DNA of 64,000 nt from Bdellovibrionales bacterium (GTDB lineage: Bacteria > Bdellovibrionota > Bdellovibrionia > Bdellovibrionales > JAGQZY01), in the NCBI GenBank assembly GCA_965218815.1, contig CBDCLX010000002.1:2201074-2265073 (forward strand). Direction: 5' to 3'. A program made the position numbers and the translations under genes. Positions within the stretch are counted from its first letter, which is position 1; every line of letters begins with the position of its first letter. The notes beneath the pieces were generated by a model. The model did no database searches, was not told the DNA's origin, and was given only the letters and a program-made list of their open reading frames with translations. Shown here piece after piece: positions 38,857-48,332 of this stretch.

Positions 38857-40275
38857 TCAGATTATTTTTGGGGAAAAATTCAATGGATCCAAACCCTCAA
38901 CGATTTTTTCCAAAGTTCCACCCCTTGACCCCTTGACGATGACTTGAGTTTTCTTATTTAACACAAAAGGGGGATTAAAATCAAGGAATTCTTTATAACC
39001 ATTTAATATTATTGGTTTAATCTTGTTTCCTGAAGCCTCCCAGCCCTCCTGAAAGCAGGCTCCTGAAGACCCCATGAAAACACAGTGGGACCAGGGCAGA
39101 CTTCCGGCTCTTTGACCAAGCTGTCGATGTTCAGGACCGGACCTGTCTCCAAGTTCCAGCATCTCACTGAAAAGAGCAATGTATTGCTTCCCGTAATCCC
39201 AACGGCTCTGAAGATTTTCAAGAAGACTTTTAAAACTGTCGGGGTTGGCATTGTAACCGTCAAAGAGAAGCTGAGCTTCGGATTCCAACTCCAGCCACTG
39301 ATTGCGACCCCAGCCCGTACGGCACCGGTTTGAGTATTGCCAAAGACTTTTTGGTTCAACACCCACCCCATAGGCCAGGCAGAGGGCTGCCGCCAGATTT
39401 TCAAGATTCTCTTCTCCCCAGCAATTCACTTCCACCTGGCCCTGAACCCCACCAATATGCCCCTGGACAATAAAACCTCTTTCAGTTTTTTTCTGTACCT
39501 CCAGAAACACATCCGCAGAAGGGTTTTTATTGGAAAAACAGAGGTTCAGACGCTTGTCATACCTGGTGGACATTTCCCTGGTCCAGAAATTATCCATATT
39601 AAAAACAAATCGGGCCTCCCCGGGTGCTGACATATAAATTTCCTCCTTGGCTTTGGCCACTGCCTGTATTCCCCCTTTAAAGTGACCCAGATGGGCTCGA
39701 CCCACATTCACCACTGTGACCAGATCCGGTTTGGCTATGTGATTCAGAGAAGTGATTTCCCCCGGATGATTCATCCCCATTTCCAAAACACAGTACTGAT
39801 CAGAAGCCTCTGTGTTTAAGATTGTAAAAGGAAGTCCCCAGTGATTGTTAAAACTTCCTCTGCTGGCCCGGGTCTTTCCCGGACAGGATAAAATCTGATA
39901 GAGAAAATCCTTGGTCGTGGTCTTGCCATTGCTCCCTGTGATGGCCATCACTTTTGCCGAAAGTTCATCACGCCAGGAGGAGGCCAGGTCATGAAGGGCT
40001 TTAAGGGTTTCAGGAACTTTGATAAAACTTACCTTTTGTTTAAAAGGCTCCCATGACTCCTCCCAACGATGGCACAAAACCCCCCTGGTTCCAGCCTCCA
40101 CGGCCCGGGGAACAAAATCATGGGCATCATGATGATCCCCAATAAGGGTAATAAAAAAACTTCCTGTGATCTTCGGGTCCCGACTGTCTGTGGAATAAGA
40201 CAAAAACTCTTTATGGGGTGAACTTAACAGATCCCCTCCCACAGCTCTGTGAATAAAATCAAGGGTCCAGATCAA
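38857..40275 (-). CDS. murF: UDP-N-acetylmuramoyl-tripeptide--D-alanyl-D-alanine ligase
   Basis: [12 protein letters not shown], Mur ligase middle and C-terminal domains, position between murE and mraY. Confidence 0.92.
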   Translation of the reverse strand: MIWTLDFIHRAVGGDLLSSPHKEFLSYSTDSRDPKITGSFFITLIGDHHDAHDFVPRAVEAGTRGVLCHRWEESWEPFKQKVSFIKVPETLKALHDLASSWRDELSAKVMAITGSNGKTTTKDFLYQILSCPGKTRASRGSFNNHWGLPFTILNTEASDQYCVLEMGMNHPGEITSLNHIAKPDLVTVVNVGRAHLGHFKGGIQAVAKAKEEIYMSAPGEARFVFNMDNFWTREMSTRYDKRLNLCFSNKNPSADVFLEVQKKTERGFIVQGHIGGVQGQVEVNCWGEENLENLAAALCLAYGVGVEPKSLWQYSNRCRTGWGRNQWLELESEAQLLFDGYNANPDSFKSLLENLQSRWDYGKQYIALFSEMLELGDRSGPEHRQLGQRAGSLPWSHCVFMGSSGACFQEGWEASGNKIKPIILNGYKEFLDFNPPFVLNKKTQVIVKGSRGGTLEKIVEGLDPLNFSPKII

Positions 40276-41849
40276 AATGTTTGTCCCAAGCCAAAGGCTT
40301 CCATTATTTTTTCATCATCCCTGAATTTGATTTTTCTATCACCCAAAATCTGATAATCCTCATGGCCTTTTCCCGCAACCAGAATAATATCACCCGGGTT
40401 TGCCATTTTCACTGCCTTTTCAATGGCCCGTCCCCGATCCGGTTCCACACTGATCCCCTCTGAATTCTTAAGGACTTCGCCAGAAGTTCCAATGGAACAA
40501 GCCAAACCGGGTGAGGGTTTTTCAGGTGAAAGGTCCTCTGGTGAGAACTTCCCACTGAGTCCCCTGAGAATATCTTCAATAATACGGTCAGGATCTTCTG
40601 TCCTTGGATTGTCTGATGTGACCACAAGATGATCGCTGTGCCTTTGGACCACCTGGCCCATCAGAGGTCTTTTTCCCGGATCCCGATCACCACCACAACC
40701 AAAAACAGTAATTAACTTTTGATCCGGATTTTTGTATGAACCCAAAAAACCCAACACCTGATTCAAAGCTTCGGGAGTGTGAGCATAATCAACAAAAGAA
40801 TAAATCCCCTCCGGGGATTTGCACATCTGCAAACGGCCGGGAATCCCCTGAAAAAAAGAAAGCTTTTGAATCAGTCCATGGAGATTGAAACCGAGAACAT
40901 GGAGACAGGCAAGGCTGCCAACAACATTATAGGCATTGTGCTCCCCGATGAGGGGGCTGAAAAAATCCAACCTCTTCCCTGAAGGCAATGACAGATGGAT
41001 TTCTGTGCCCTCCAGACCCCGGCCCCTGGTTTTAAAAACAAAATCATTGTCCCGGTTCTGACCAAACAAAACAACCTTCCGGAGATGACAAAAACCCTTA
41101 AGCCGCAACCCACAGGGATCATCTCCATTGATAACAGCAAAGGTGTCCCTGCCTTTTTTTATCATCCGGTCAGAAAAAAGTCTTGCTTTACTTAAAAAAT
41201 AATCCTCCATGTTTTTATGATAATCCAGATGATCCCGTGACAGGTTTGTGAACAGACAAACATCAAAACCCTGATGGATGCGGTTTTGGGAAAGGGCATG
41301 ACTTGAAACCTCAATGACAAAACTCCTGGCCCCAAAATCAAGAAAATCCTTCAGTCTCTTCTGCAAGGTGATGGGATCAGGAGTGGTGAGTTCTGTGGGC
41401 CAGACCTTTTCCTTAAAATGACTGTCAATGGTTCCAATAAAACCACAGTCCTGATGACTTTGATTCAGAAAAAACTCCAGCAAAAAAGCCGAACTTGTCT
41501 TTCCATTGGTGCCTGTCACCGCAATGGCTGTCATCTGTTCCCCCGGACTCTGAAAAAACCGTTCTGATAGAAGCTGTAACGCCCATCTTGTATCCAAAAC
41601 CACCAAAACAGCCCCTCTAAAGGAAGAGGGAATCCTGGAAGGGTCTTCAACCACAAGGGCCATGGCCCCTCTTTGAATGGCTTCAGCAACAAACCGGTGA
41701 CCGTCCAGTTTATGACCGCAAACAGCCACATAAACAGAATCAGGTTGAACCTTTCTGGAATCACAATAAAGATCAAAAACCGGAGTCTGGGGGGCCTGGT
41801 CACGCCAATCCAATGAACCATGAATCCCAAGCAGGTGTTTAAGAGTCAT
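40272..41849 (-). CDS. murE: UDP-N-acetylmuramoyl-L-alanyl-D-glutamate--2,6-diaminopimelate ligase
   Basis: VTGTNGKTS and the DNPR motif (VVTSDNPRTEDP), which indicates meso-DAP specificity. Confidence 0.93.
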   Translation of the reverse strand: MTLKHLLGIHGSLDWRDQAPQTPVFDLYCDSRKVQPDSVYVAVCGHKLDGHRFVAEAIQRGAMALVVEDPSRIPSSFRGAVLVVLDTRWALQLLSERFFQSPGEQMTAIAVTGTNGKTSSAFLLEFFLNQSHQDCGFIGTIDSHFKEKVWPTELTTPDPITLQKRLKDFLDFGARSFVIEVSSHALSQNRIHQGFDVCLFTNLSRDHLDYHKNMEDYFLSKARLFSDRMIKKGRDTFAVINGDDPCGLRLKGFCHLRKVVLFGQNRDNDFVFKTRGRGLEGTEIHLSLPSGKRLDFFSPLIGEHNAYNVVGSLACLHVLGFNLHGLIQKLSFFQGIPGRLQMCKSPEGIYSFVDYAHTPEALNQVLGFLGSYKNPDQKLITVFGCGGDRDPGKRPLMGQVVQRHSDHLVVTSDNPRTEDPDRIIEDILRGLSGKFSPEDLSPEKPSPGLACSIGTSGEVLKNSEGISVEPDRGRAIEKAVKMANPGDIILVAGKGHEDYQILGDRKIKFRDDEKIMEAFGLGQTF

Positions 41850-42069
41850 GGTTTAACCTGCCAGGCGACTGTGCCTTTATAGCGACTTGCAACAAAATTC
41901 CCATCGCAAACTTCAAAGGGTTCATCCGAAAATTCTGTTTCGGTTTCGCAAACAGGACACCCCATTGGGAAAAAATTGATTGTCACAACTGACCTCCCAG
42001 TGTAATGTGTTGTAAGGGTAAGTATCTGATTTGCGGACTTTAATCAATTGAGAAACTTAAGATACCGAG

Positions 42070-42951
42070 GTGTGTTTGATTTCCGTTTTTATTGTCTTTT
42101 CCATAAAAACTTTTGCCTTTTTTATACATATTCAGCCTCTTTTTGTGAAAAGGTTCCTGGGTGTGGTCATCGGCATTATATGGTTTGATCTCCTAAGGAT
42201 TAGACGCACTGTTGCAATCAAGAACATATTGAGAGTTTACCCTGATATGAGCCAGGTTCAGGCCAAAAAGCTGGCCAGGAAGTCTCTCATTCACATGGGA
42301 TACACTCTTGTTGAATTCTGCTCAATGCCATTTCTTGATGAATCATCTGTCAAATCCATGTTCACAGTTGAAGGCCGGGAGAAACTTGAAACGGCTTTAA
42401 AAAAGAATAAAGGGGTTTTGTTATTATCCGCACATATTGGCAATGGAGACCTGGCAACAGCGGCTTTATCCTACCTGGGGTTTCAGATGTGCCTGGTCTC
42501 CAAGATATTCAAGGTCAAGTGGTTAAATGATTTTTGGTTCAGTTCCAGGGAAAAGCATGGGTCCAGATTTATTGCACCCAGGAGAAGTTCCTATGAAATA
42601 TTAAAAGCCTTAAAAAGGAACAAAATAGTTGTTTTTATATTGGACCAGTACACAGGACCGCCAAACGGAATTGTGACTGAATTTTTTGGAATAAAAACAG
42701 GGACAGCGTTTGGTCCGGCACTGTTCGCACAGAGGTCAAACACAGAAGTCTTATCTGCGTTTTCCTACAGAAAGAAATTTGGTCAGCATGTTATTAAAGT
42801 CTCTGATCCGATAAAATATGAAACAGTGGGATCAAAAGATGATCTCCTCAGGAAGAACACCCAGTTGTTTAATTCTTCCATAGAAAGAATGATAAAGGAC
42901 AAACCAGAGCAATGGATGTGGATTCACAGACGCTGGAAGCAGGCATGGTAG
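42070..42951 (+). CDS. lysophospholipid / lipid A biosynthesis acyltransferase (LpxL/HtrB family)
   Basis: N-terminal TM, NILRVYPDMS..., LLSAHIGNGDL (HX4D-like region). GTG start at 42070 is uncertain. Confidence 0.7.
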   Translation: MCLISVFIVFSIKTFAFFIHIQPLFVKRFLGVVIGIIWFDLLRIRRTVAIKNILRVYPDMSQVQAKKLARKSLIHMGYTLVEFCSMPFLDESSVKSMFTVEGREKLETALKKNKGVLLLSAHIGNGDLATAALSYLGFQMCLVSKIFKVKWLNDFWFSSREKHGSRFIAPRRSSYEILKALKRNKIVVFILDQYTGPPNGIVTEFFGIKTGTAFGPALFAQRSNTEVLSAFSYRKKFGQHVIKVSDPIKYETVGSKDDLLRKNTQLFNSSIERMIKDKPEQWMWIHRRWKQAW

Positions 42952-43051
42952 TGCCTGGAAGTATGTGGCTGGACGAACCCTGCCCAACGCAAAAGTGGGG
43001 AGTATCCAAAGGGAGTGTCCAAAATTTTGAGTGCTCCCAAAAGTAATGCTT

Positions 43052-43747
43052 TTATCTGAAAATCCATAACTTTTCCTTTAAATTTTTCCTAAAATACTTC
43101 CACCATTGATCAATATCCACATGGACATTATGGAGACTGTAACGGATTTTCCTTAAAAAGCTTATCTTAATCCTCTTCTGTATAAAAACACTGTCGGTAT
43201 CGTTATGAAACAACAACCCATAATTGTTTTTCCTTAACCATCCATTGATTTCCTTTTTTTTTGGATTAATATACAGATTGGCACGCATCTCAATTGAAAT
43301 AACTTTGGGAAGACTTTTCATACGGGAAACAACATTCCACTCAGCACCTTCCACATCCACCAGAATAACATCAAAATCACCAGAATCAATGTCCTCAAAG
43401 GGCACGGCGTTTACCTTAAAAGTGTCTTTTTCAGAGGGATGATACTTATCATTAACAATAGCAGGACTTTTTTCAATATCGCCTGCGAATGTGGAGGCAT
43501 TCACCCGATAAAAGGTCAGGGTTTTCCTTTTATGCCAAATGGCTTTTGACAGGATTTTAACATGACTCCTTCCGCCATAATGAGAAACAAGATCTTTCAC
43601 ACAGACAGGATCAGCTTCAACGAGAATCACTTCCTGACCATCATTTATAAAATCAATGGATGAACAGGTTTTGGCCTGATAAACTCCGACCTCACAGACT
43701 TTTTGAGTGGTTATTTTATTTTTTTTCAGTTCATCAAAGATATTCAT
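43052..43747 (-). CDS. FkbM family methyltransferase
   Basis: VCEVGVYQAKTCS..., ILVEADP..., FDVILVDVEGAEWNV. Start at MNIFDELKK (43747). Confidence 0.7.
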   Translation of the reverse strand: MNIFDELKKNKITTQKVCEVGVYQAKTCSSIDFINDGQEVILVEADPVCVKDLVSHYGGRSHVKILSKAIWHKRKTLTFYRVNASTFAGDIEKSPAIVNDKYHPSEKDTFKVNAVPFEDIDSGDFDVILVDVEGAEWNVVSRMKSLPKVISIEMRANLYINPKKKEINGWLRKNNYGLLFHNDTDSVFIQKRIKISFLRKIRYSLHNVHVDIDQWWKYFRKNLKEKLWIFR

Positions 43748-43935
43748 TTGAATCCTTCCCTGAAGGAATAGAGTACAGTTCTGACTTTGTAAAGAGCTTA
43801 TGGTCCATGCAGTCCATACCATCGGTTTTTAATGGGAATTGCCGCACCCCTCCCACCCCCCCTTTGTCAATCAGAAAACTCTTCCGACAAACCTTGCCTG
43901 GGAGGGGTCTTTCATAATAAACAGGGCTGGCAATC

Positions 43936-44691
43936 ATGACTGTCAAAACAGCAAGCGATATCAAATCCATGGAAAAGGTCTGCCGACTGGCAGCCCAAAC
44001 CCTGCAATATGTGACTCAGTTTATCAAACCGGGAGTCACGACCAACGAACTGGACAAAATCATCCACGACTACACACTGTCCCACGAAGCCAAACCCGCC
44101 CCCCTTCATTACCGTGGATTCCCAAAGTCCATTTGCACTTCGGTCAATCACTGCATCTGTCATGGAGTGCCCAACGACACTCCATTAAAACAAGGGGATA
44201 TTATCAACGTGGATGTGACCTCTTACAAATATGGCTTTCATGGAGACACCTCAGCCACATTTTTTTTGGGGTCTGTGTCCGAGGAGGCCAAAAAAATCAC
44301 TGATGTGGCTGAAAAGGCCATGTACAAAGGGATTGAAGCCATAAAACCAGGCGGAACTGTGGGCGATATTGGTTTTGCCATTAACAAATTTGTAACCCGT
44401 AAAGGTTATTTTGCAGTTCGTGAAATTGGCGGTCATGGGATTGGTCGCAAGTTCCACGAAGACCCCTTTGTTCCATCCATAGGGAAGAAAGGAAAGGGGC
44501 CTCCTTTGCTTCCCTTTGGAACCATCACTGTGGAACCCATGATTAACGAAAATGACAAACCCATTGTTGAATTCAAAATTGCCGGTTCTGATATTCTCTA
44601 CTATGAAACCCGGGATAAAACTCTTTCCGCCCAGTTTGAACACACCGTTCTGATCACTGACACATCCTACCGGATACTCACCCTTCCCTGA
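43936..44691 (+). CDS. map: type I methionine aminopeptidase
   Basis: CHGVPN, DIINVDVT, GHGIGRKFHE, EPM...FEHTVLIT. Confidence 0.95.
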   Translation: MTVKTASDIKSMEKVCRLAAQTLQYVTQFIKPGVTTNELDKIIHDYTLSHEAKPAPLHYRGFPKSICTSVNHCICHGVPNDTPLKQGDIINVDVTSYKYGFHGDTSATFFLGSVSEEAKKITDVAEKAMYKGIEAIKPGGTVGDIGFAINKFVTRKGYFAVREIGGHGIGRKFHEDPFVPSIGKKGKGPPLLPFGTITVEPMINENDKPIVEFKIAGSDILYYETRDKTLSAQFEHTVLITDTSYRILTLP

Positions 44692-44812
44692 CCCGCATTT
44701 CTCACAAGCTTTGCCTTTTGGTTCTTCCCACAACAACACCTCCAGTCCAGACTTCTCATAAAATTTCGAGGAGATTGGAAGTCGCAGCAGAAAGTTTATG
44801 AGAAGTTCGGGC
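44692..44812. repeat. compound REP/BIME-like family B element (two left arms plus one right arm)
   Basis: cccgcatttctcacaagctttg ... cagacttctcataaaatttcgagg ... gcagcagaaagtttatgagaagttcgggc. Starts on the base after the map stop codon. Confidence 0.75.
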
Positions 44813-44864
44813 CAGCCAAATTGGAGCAGTGCACTGTTTTTTAGTGTTCTTCCAGAATATCCTA

Positions 44865-45016
44865 CTGGAAATTTAAAACAAAATGTGTATATTGACTGGA
44901 AATTTAAACCAAAATCGCTGTGTATTGAACACCCAAATCAGTATATACTGATCGTGCTTGGGTTTTCTGGTACTTCAACAGGGGAAACCCATGAAAATTC
45001 AAATGCGATGAGTATA
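44865..45016. mobile_element. nest of MITE remnants: at least three partial right ends followed by one full copy (44944..45016)
   Basis: ctggaaatttaaaacaaaatgtgtatat, ctggaaatttaaaccaaaatcgctgtgtat, cccaaatcagtata, then tatactgatcgtgcttggg...aaatgcgatgagtata. Confidence 0.7.
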
Positions 45017-45055
45017 TGCTGAGAGAAAATCACAGAATCACACAGGAGTTATCTG

Positions 45056-46432
45056 ATGATAGAAGAAATAACCTTAAAGGATATGAACAAGCTAAAAACC
45101 AAGGCTGGAAAACCTGATTTCCGGGTCTGCGGGCAGGCCATGAAAGACCCAAACACTTTTGCAGAACTGGCCCGGTGGGGACGTGAGGAAATCAAAATTG
45201 CGGAGCGGGAAATGCCTGGACTCATGGCTTTAAGAAAAGAATATGGTGAAAGTGAACCTCTAAAGGGAGCCAGAATCACGGGCTGTCTGCATATGACCAT
45301 CCAGACAGCTGTTCTTATTGAAACCCTGAAATTTCTCGGAGCCAAAGTCCGCTGGTCTTCCTGTAATATTTATTCCACCCAGGACCACGCCGCCGTGGCC
45401 ATGGCTGCCTCGGGAATTCCCGTTTTTGCCTGGAAGGGGGAAACAGAGGAAGAGTATCAGTGGTGTATTGAACAAACCATAGAGGGTTGGGGTGATGAGG
45501 GCTTTGACCTTATTCTGGATGATGGTGGAGACCTGACCAATACAATGCATTTACCAAAATACAGCAAAATCATGGAAAATGTGATGGGGCTTTCAGAAGA
45601 GACTACCACAGGTGTTCACAATCTTGAAAAAATGCTCAGAGAAGGAAAACTCAAGGTTCCTGCCATTAACGTCAATGACTCTGTAACAAAATCAAAGTTT
45701 GACAATCTCTATGGTTGCCGAGAATCCCTGGCTGATGGAATCAAGAGAGCCACGGATGTGATGCTGGCGGGCAAAGTTGTGGTCGTTGCTGGCTATGGAG
45801 ATGTGGGTAAAGGCTGTGCCCATTCCATGAAAAGTTACGGGGCCCGCATACTTATTACAGAAATTGACCCCATCTGTGCCCTTCAGGCAGCCATGGAGGG
45901 TTTTGAAGTGGCCACTATGGATCATGCAGCTTCCAGGGCTGATATTTTTGTCACTGCCACCGGTTGTTGCGATATCATCACAAAAAAGCACTTTGCCAAA
46001 ATCAGGAATGGAGCCATCATCTGCAACATTGGTCATTTTGATACTGAAATTGATATGGCATGGCTCAACGGACACTCTGAAATCCATGAAGTAAAACCCC
46101 AGGTGGATATTCACAAAATGGAAGACGGCAGGGAAATTATCCTGCTGGCCAAGGGTCGTCTTGTGAACCTTGGTTGTGCCACAGGCCACCCCTCTTTTGT
46201 CATGAGCAACTCCTTCAGCAATCAGGTTCTGGCCCAGATCGATCTTTTTCAAAATTCCAGGCGATACCAGGATGTCGGAGTTTATATGTTACCAAAAGAA
46301 CTTGATGAAAAGGTGGCCAGTCTTCATCTTGAACAGATTGGAGTGAAAATAACCAAACTCACCGAGAAACAATCCAAATACCTTGGAGTGAGTCCGGAGG
46401 GACCTTTTAAACCCATCCATTACCGATACTAA
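45056..46432 (+). CDS. ahcY: adenosylhomocysteinase
   Basis: [30 protein letters not shown] (NAD site), [10 protein letters not shown]-terminal ...PIHYRY. Confidence 0.95.
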   Translation: MIEEITLKDMNKLKTKAGKPDFRVCGQAMKDPNTFAELARWGREEIKIAEREMPGLMALRKEYGESEPLKGARITGCLHMTIQTAVLIETLKFLGAKVRWSSCNIYSTQDHAAVAMAASGIPVFAWKGETEEEYQWCIEQTIEGWGDEGFDLILDDGGDLTNTMHLPKYSKIMENVMGLSEETTTGVHNLEKMLREGKLKVPAINVNDSVTKSKFDNLYGCRESLADGIKRATDVMLAGKVVVVAGYGDVGKGCAHSMKSYGARILITEIDPICALQAAMEGFEVATMDHAASRADIFVTATGCCDIITKKHFAKIRNGAIICNIGHFDTEIDMAWLNGHSEIHEVKPQVDIHKMEDGREIILLAKGRLVNLGCATGHPSFVMSNSFSNQVLAQIDLFQNSRRYQDVGVYMLPKELDEKVASLHLEQIGVKITKLTEKQSKYLGVSPEGPFKPIHYRY

Positions 46433-46562
46433 ACAACCAACATATAACAAACTGTTAAACATGATAAAATACGAATCAAAAGGAAATTGGCCCCCATTTT
46501 TCACAAATTTTTGTGGCAAAAGTGCCAAAGTACCAGTTAAATATCTTTAAAGGAGGAATATT

Positions 46563-47438
46563 ATGAATTTGTTTTTAAAGATGTTTGCCCTTATGAGCAC
46601 TCTCATCCGTATCAGAAATCTCATCCTTATGAGCAATCTTATCTTTCTTGTTTCCTGTTCCACTTACAAACAAAAGCCAAAGTTTATGGCCAGACCCAAG
46701 GAAACTGTGATCTTCAAGGAAATCACCTATCGAGTGGGACGACAAAGAATGAAGGGTTTTCTGGCCATGCCAGGGGGACCAGGCTCCTTCCCTGGTGTTC
46801 TGGTTGTCCATGAGTGGTGGGGACAGACCGAATATCCCAGAGAAAGGGCCAGAATGCTGGCAAAACAGGGTTATGCCGCATTTGCTGTGGATATGTATGG
46901 TGGTGGTGTGACCTTCAAGCATCCCAGGGAGGCCAGGGAATTTTCAGGCAGAGTGATGAACAATCTGGATGAGGCTCGAAAAAATTTTAGTCAAGCCCTT
47001 GAAACCCTGAGAAAACAGGAAAATGTGGATCCACTGAATACAGGAGCTATTGGGTATTGCTTTGGTGGAGCCATTGTTCTTGAGATGGCCCGTCAAAAAA
47101 TGGGATTGAAAATAGCTGTGAGTTACCACGGCGACCTCACCCCTCTGGTTATCAACAAAATTCCACCCATGAAAACCCATCTGCTTATTTTTAACGGTGA
47201 GAAAGATCCCATGGTTCCCAAAGAAACTCTGGATCATGTTCGCAGAAACCTGAAAAAGGCAGAAATCCGTTACAAATTGATCAACTATAAGGAAGCCAAA
47301 CATGGTTTTACCAACAGAGAAGCCACAGAATTGGGGAAAAAATTCAATCTTCCCCTGGCTTATAACGAAAAAGCTGATAAAGATTCCTGGGAAAAAACAT
47401 TAGAAACCCTTAAACTCATTCTCAAACGATCTCCCTGA
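46563..47438 (+). CDS. dienelactone hydrolase family protein, exported (probable lipoprotein)
   Basis: Signal with LVSC lipobox, VVHEWWG, GYCFGG nucleophile elbow, ...AKHGF. Confidence 0.8.
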   Translation: MNLFLKMFALMSTLIRIRNLILMSNLIFLVSCSTYKQKPKFMARPKETVIFKEITYRVGRQRMKGFLAMPGGPGSFPGVLVVHEWWGQTEYPRERARMLAKQGYAAFAVDMYGGGVTFKHPREAREFSGRVMNNLDEARKNFSQALETLRKQENVDPLNTGAIGYCFGGAIVLEMARQKMGLKIAVSYHGDLTPLVINKIPPMKTHLLIFNGEKDPMVPKETLDHVRRNLKKAEIRYKLINYKEAKHGFTNREATELGKKFNLPLAYNEKADKDSWEKTLETLKLILKRSP

Positions 47439-47473
47439 CCCCTGAGTCTGCCGGTGGATATGGGTAAAAACAT

Positions 47474-48265
47474 TTACTGTTTTCTTTTGTTTTTCCTGCT
47501 CAGAAGGATCTGACCCAGTTCCACAAAACCCAGGGATCCCCTTGATGGAGTGATGAAACGGGGCAGAGACAGAAGGTCTTTTTTAAAGTCAAGGAGGTTA
47601 GCCACGGCAAAGGAGTTTTTGAAAAAGGCAAAAAGAGGTTCATCGTTGGGGGAGTCCCCGATAAAAGCACAAGTTTCCAGATGATCTTTTAGATCTTTCT
47701 GAAAACAGTTTTTGTAAAAAATTTCACACATGGTCTTTTTGTTGTAATCACCAAACCAGGCATTGACGTGGATGGAACTGATTTTTACCGTGGCTCCCCC
47801 CTTGCTGAATATTTCCACAATCCTGTTTATTTTTTCTTCTTCCAGGGGCTTTACGTCTTCACAGAAGTCAATGGCCAGATCAAAAAGACGGGTGAACTGA
47901 TCAGAAGAGACAGCAGTCCCTTTTATTTCCTTTAAAATGGAATCTCCCAGGATTTGGAGTTTTTCCCGATTTTTTAAACGGGTGGATTCATCAAAGACAA
48001 AGACTCTTTCCATTTTTTTGTTTTTGTAACGGAAGTAAAAAGCCCCGTTTTCACCGATGACCCCTTCCACAGGCCAGAGTCTTGCGATCATTTCACACCA
48101 GCCTGCTGATCGACCAGTGACAGGGACAACCCGAATACCTTTTTCATGGAGTTTCCAGAGCATGGAATAACTCTCGCCTGGTAAAAACCTTCCATCTGTG
48201 AGAGTGCCGTCAATGTCGGTGAAAAGGGTCTCAATGGATCCCTGAAAGTTTTTTAAGTCCTGCAA
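47474..48265 (-). CDS. HAD-IIB family hydrolase (sugar-phosphate phosphatase-like)
   Basis: FTDIDGTLTD (DxDxT), VTGRS, GDSPNDEPLF. Confidence 0.8.
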   Translation of the reverse strand: MQDLKNFQGSIETLFTDIDGTLTDGRFLPGESYSMLWKLHEKGIRVVPVTGRSAGWCEMIARLWPVEGVIGENGAFYFRYKNKKMERVFVFDESTRLKNREKLQILGDSILKEIKGTAVSSDQFTRLFDLAIDFCEDVKPLEEEKINRIVEIFSKGGATVKISSIHVNAWFGDYNKKTMCEIFYKNCFQKDLKDHLETCAFIGDSPNDEPLFAFFKNSFAVANLLDFKKDLLSLPRFITPSRGSLGFVELGQILLSRKNKRKQ

Positions 48266-48332
48266 AAAAATCTTTCCCCCAATTCATTTTAATTGAAGTT
48301 CGGGCTAGTCGACTTTTCTAAACCACCTCAGC

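Noticed and set aside
44692-45055. I looked for an S-adenosylhomocysteine riboswitch upstream of ahcY
   Set aside because: The spacer consists entirely of REP and MITE sequence. No SAH-riboswitch-like conserved pseudoknot sequence is visible.
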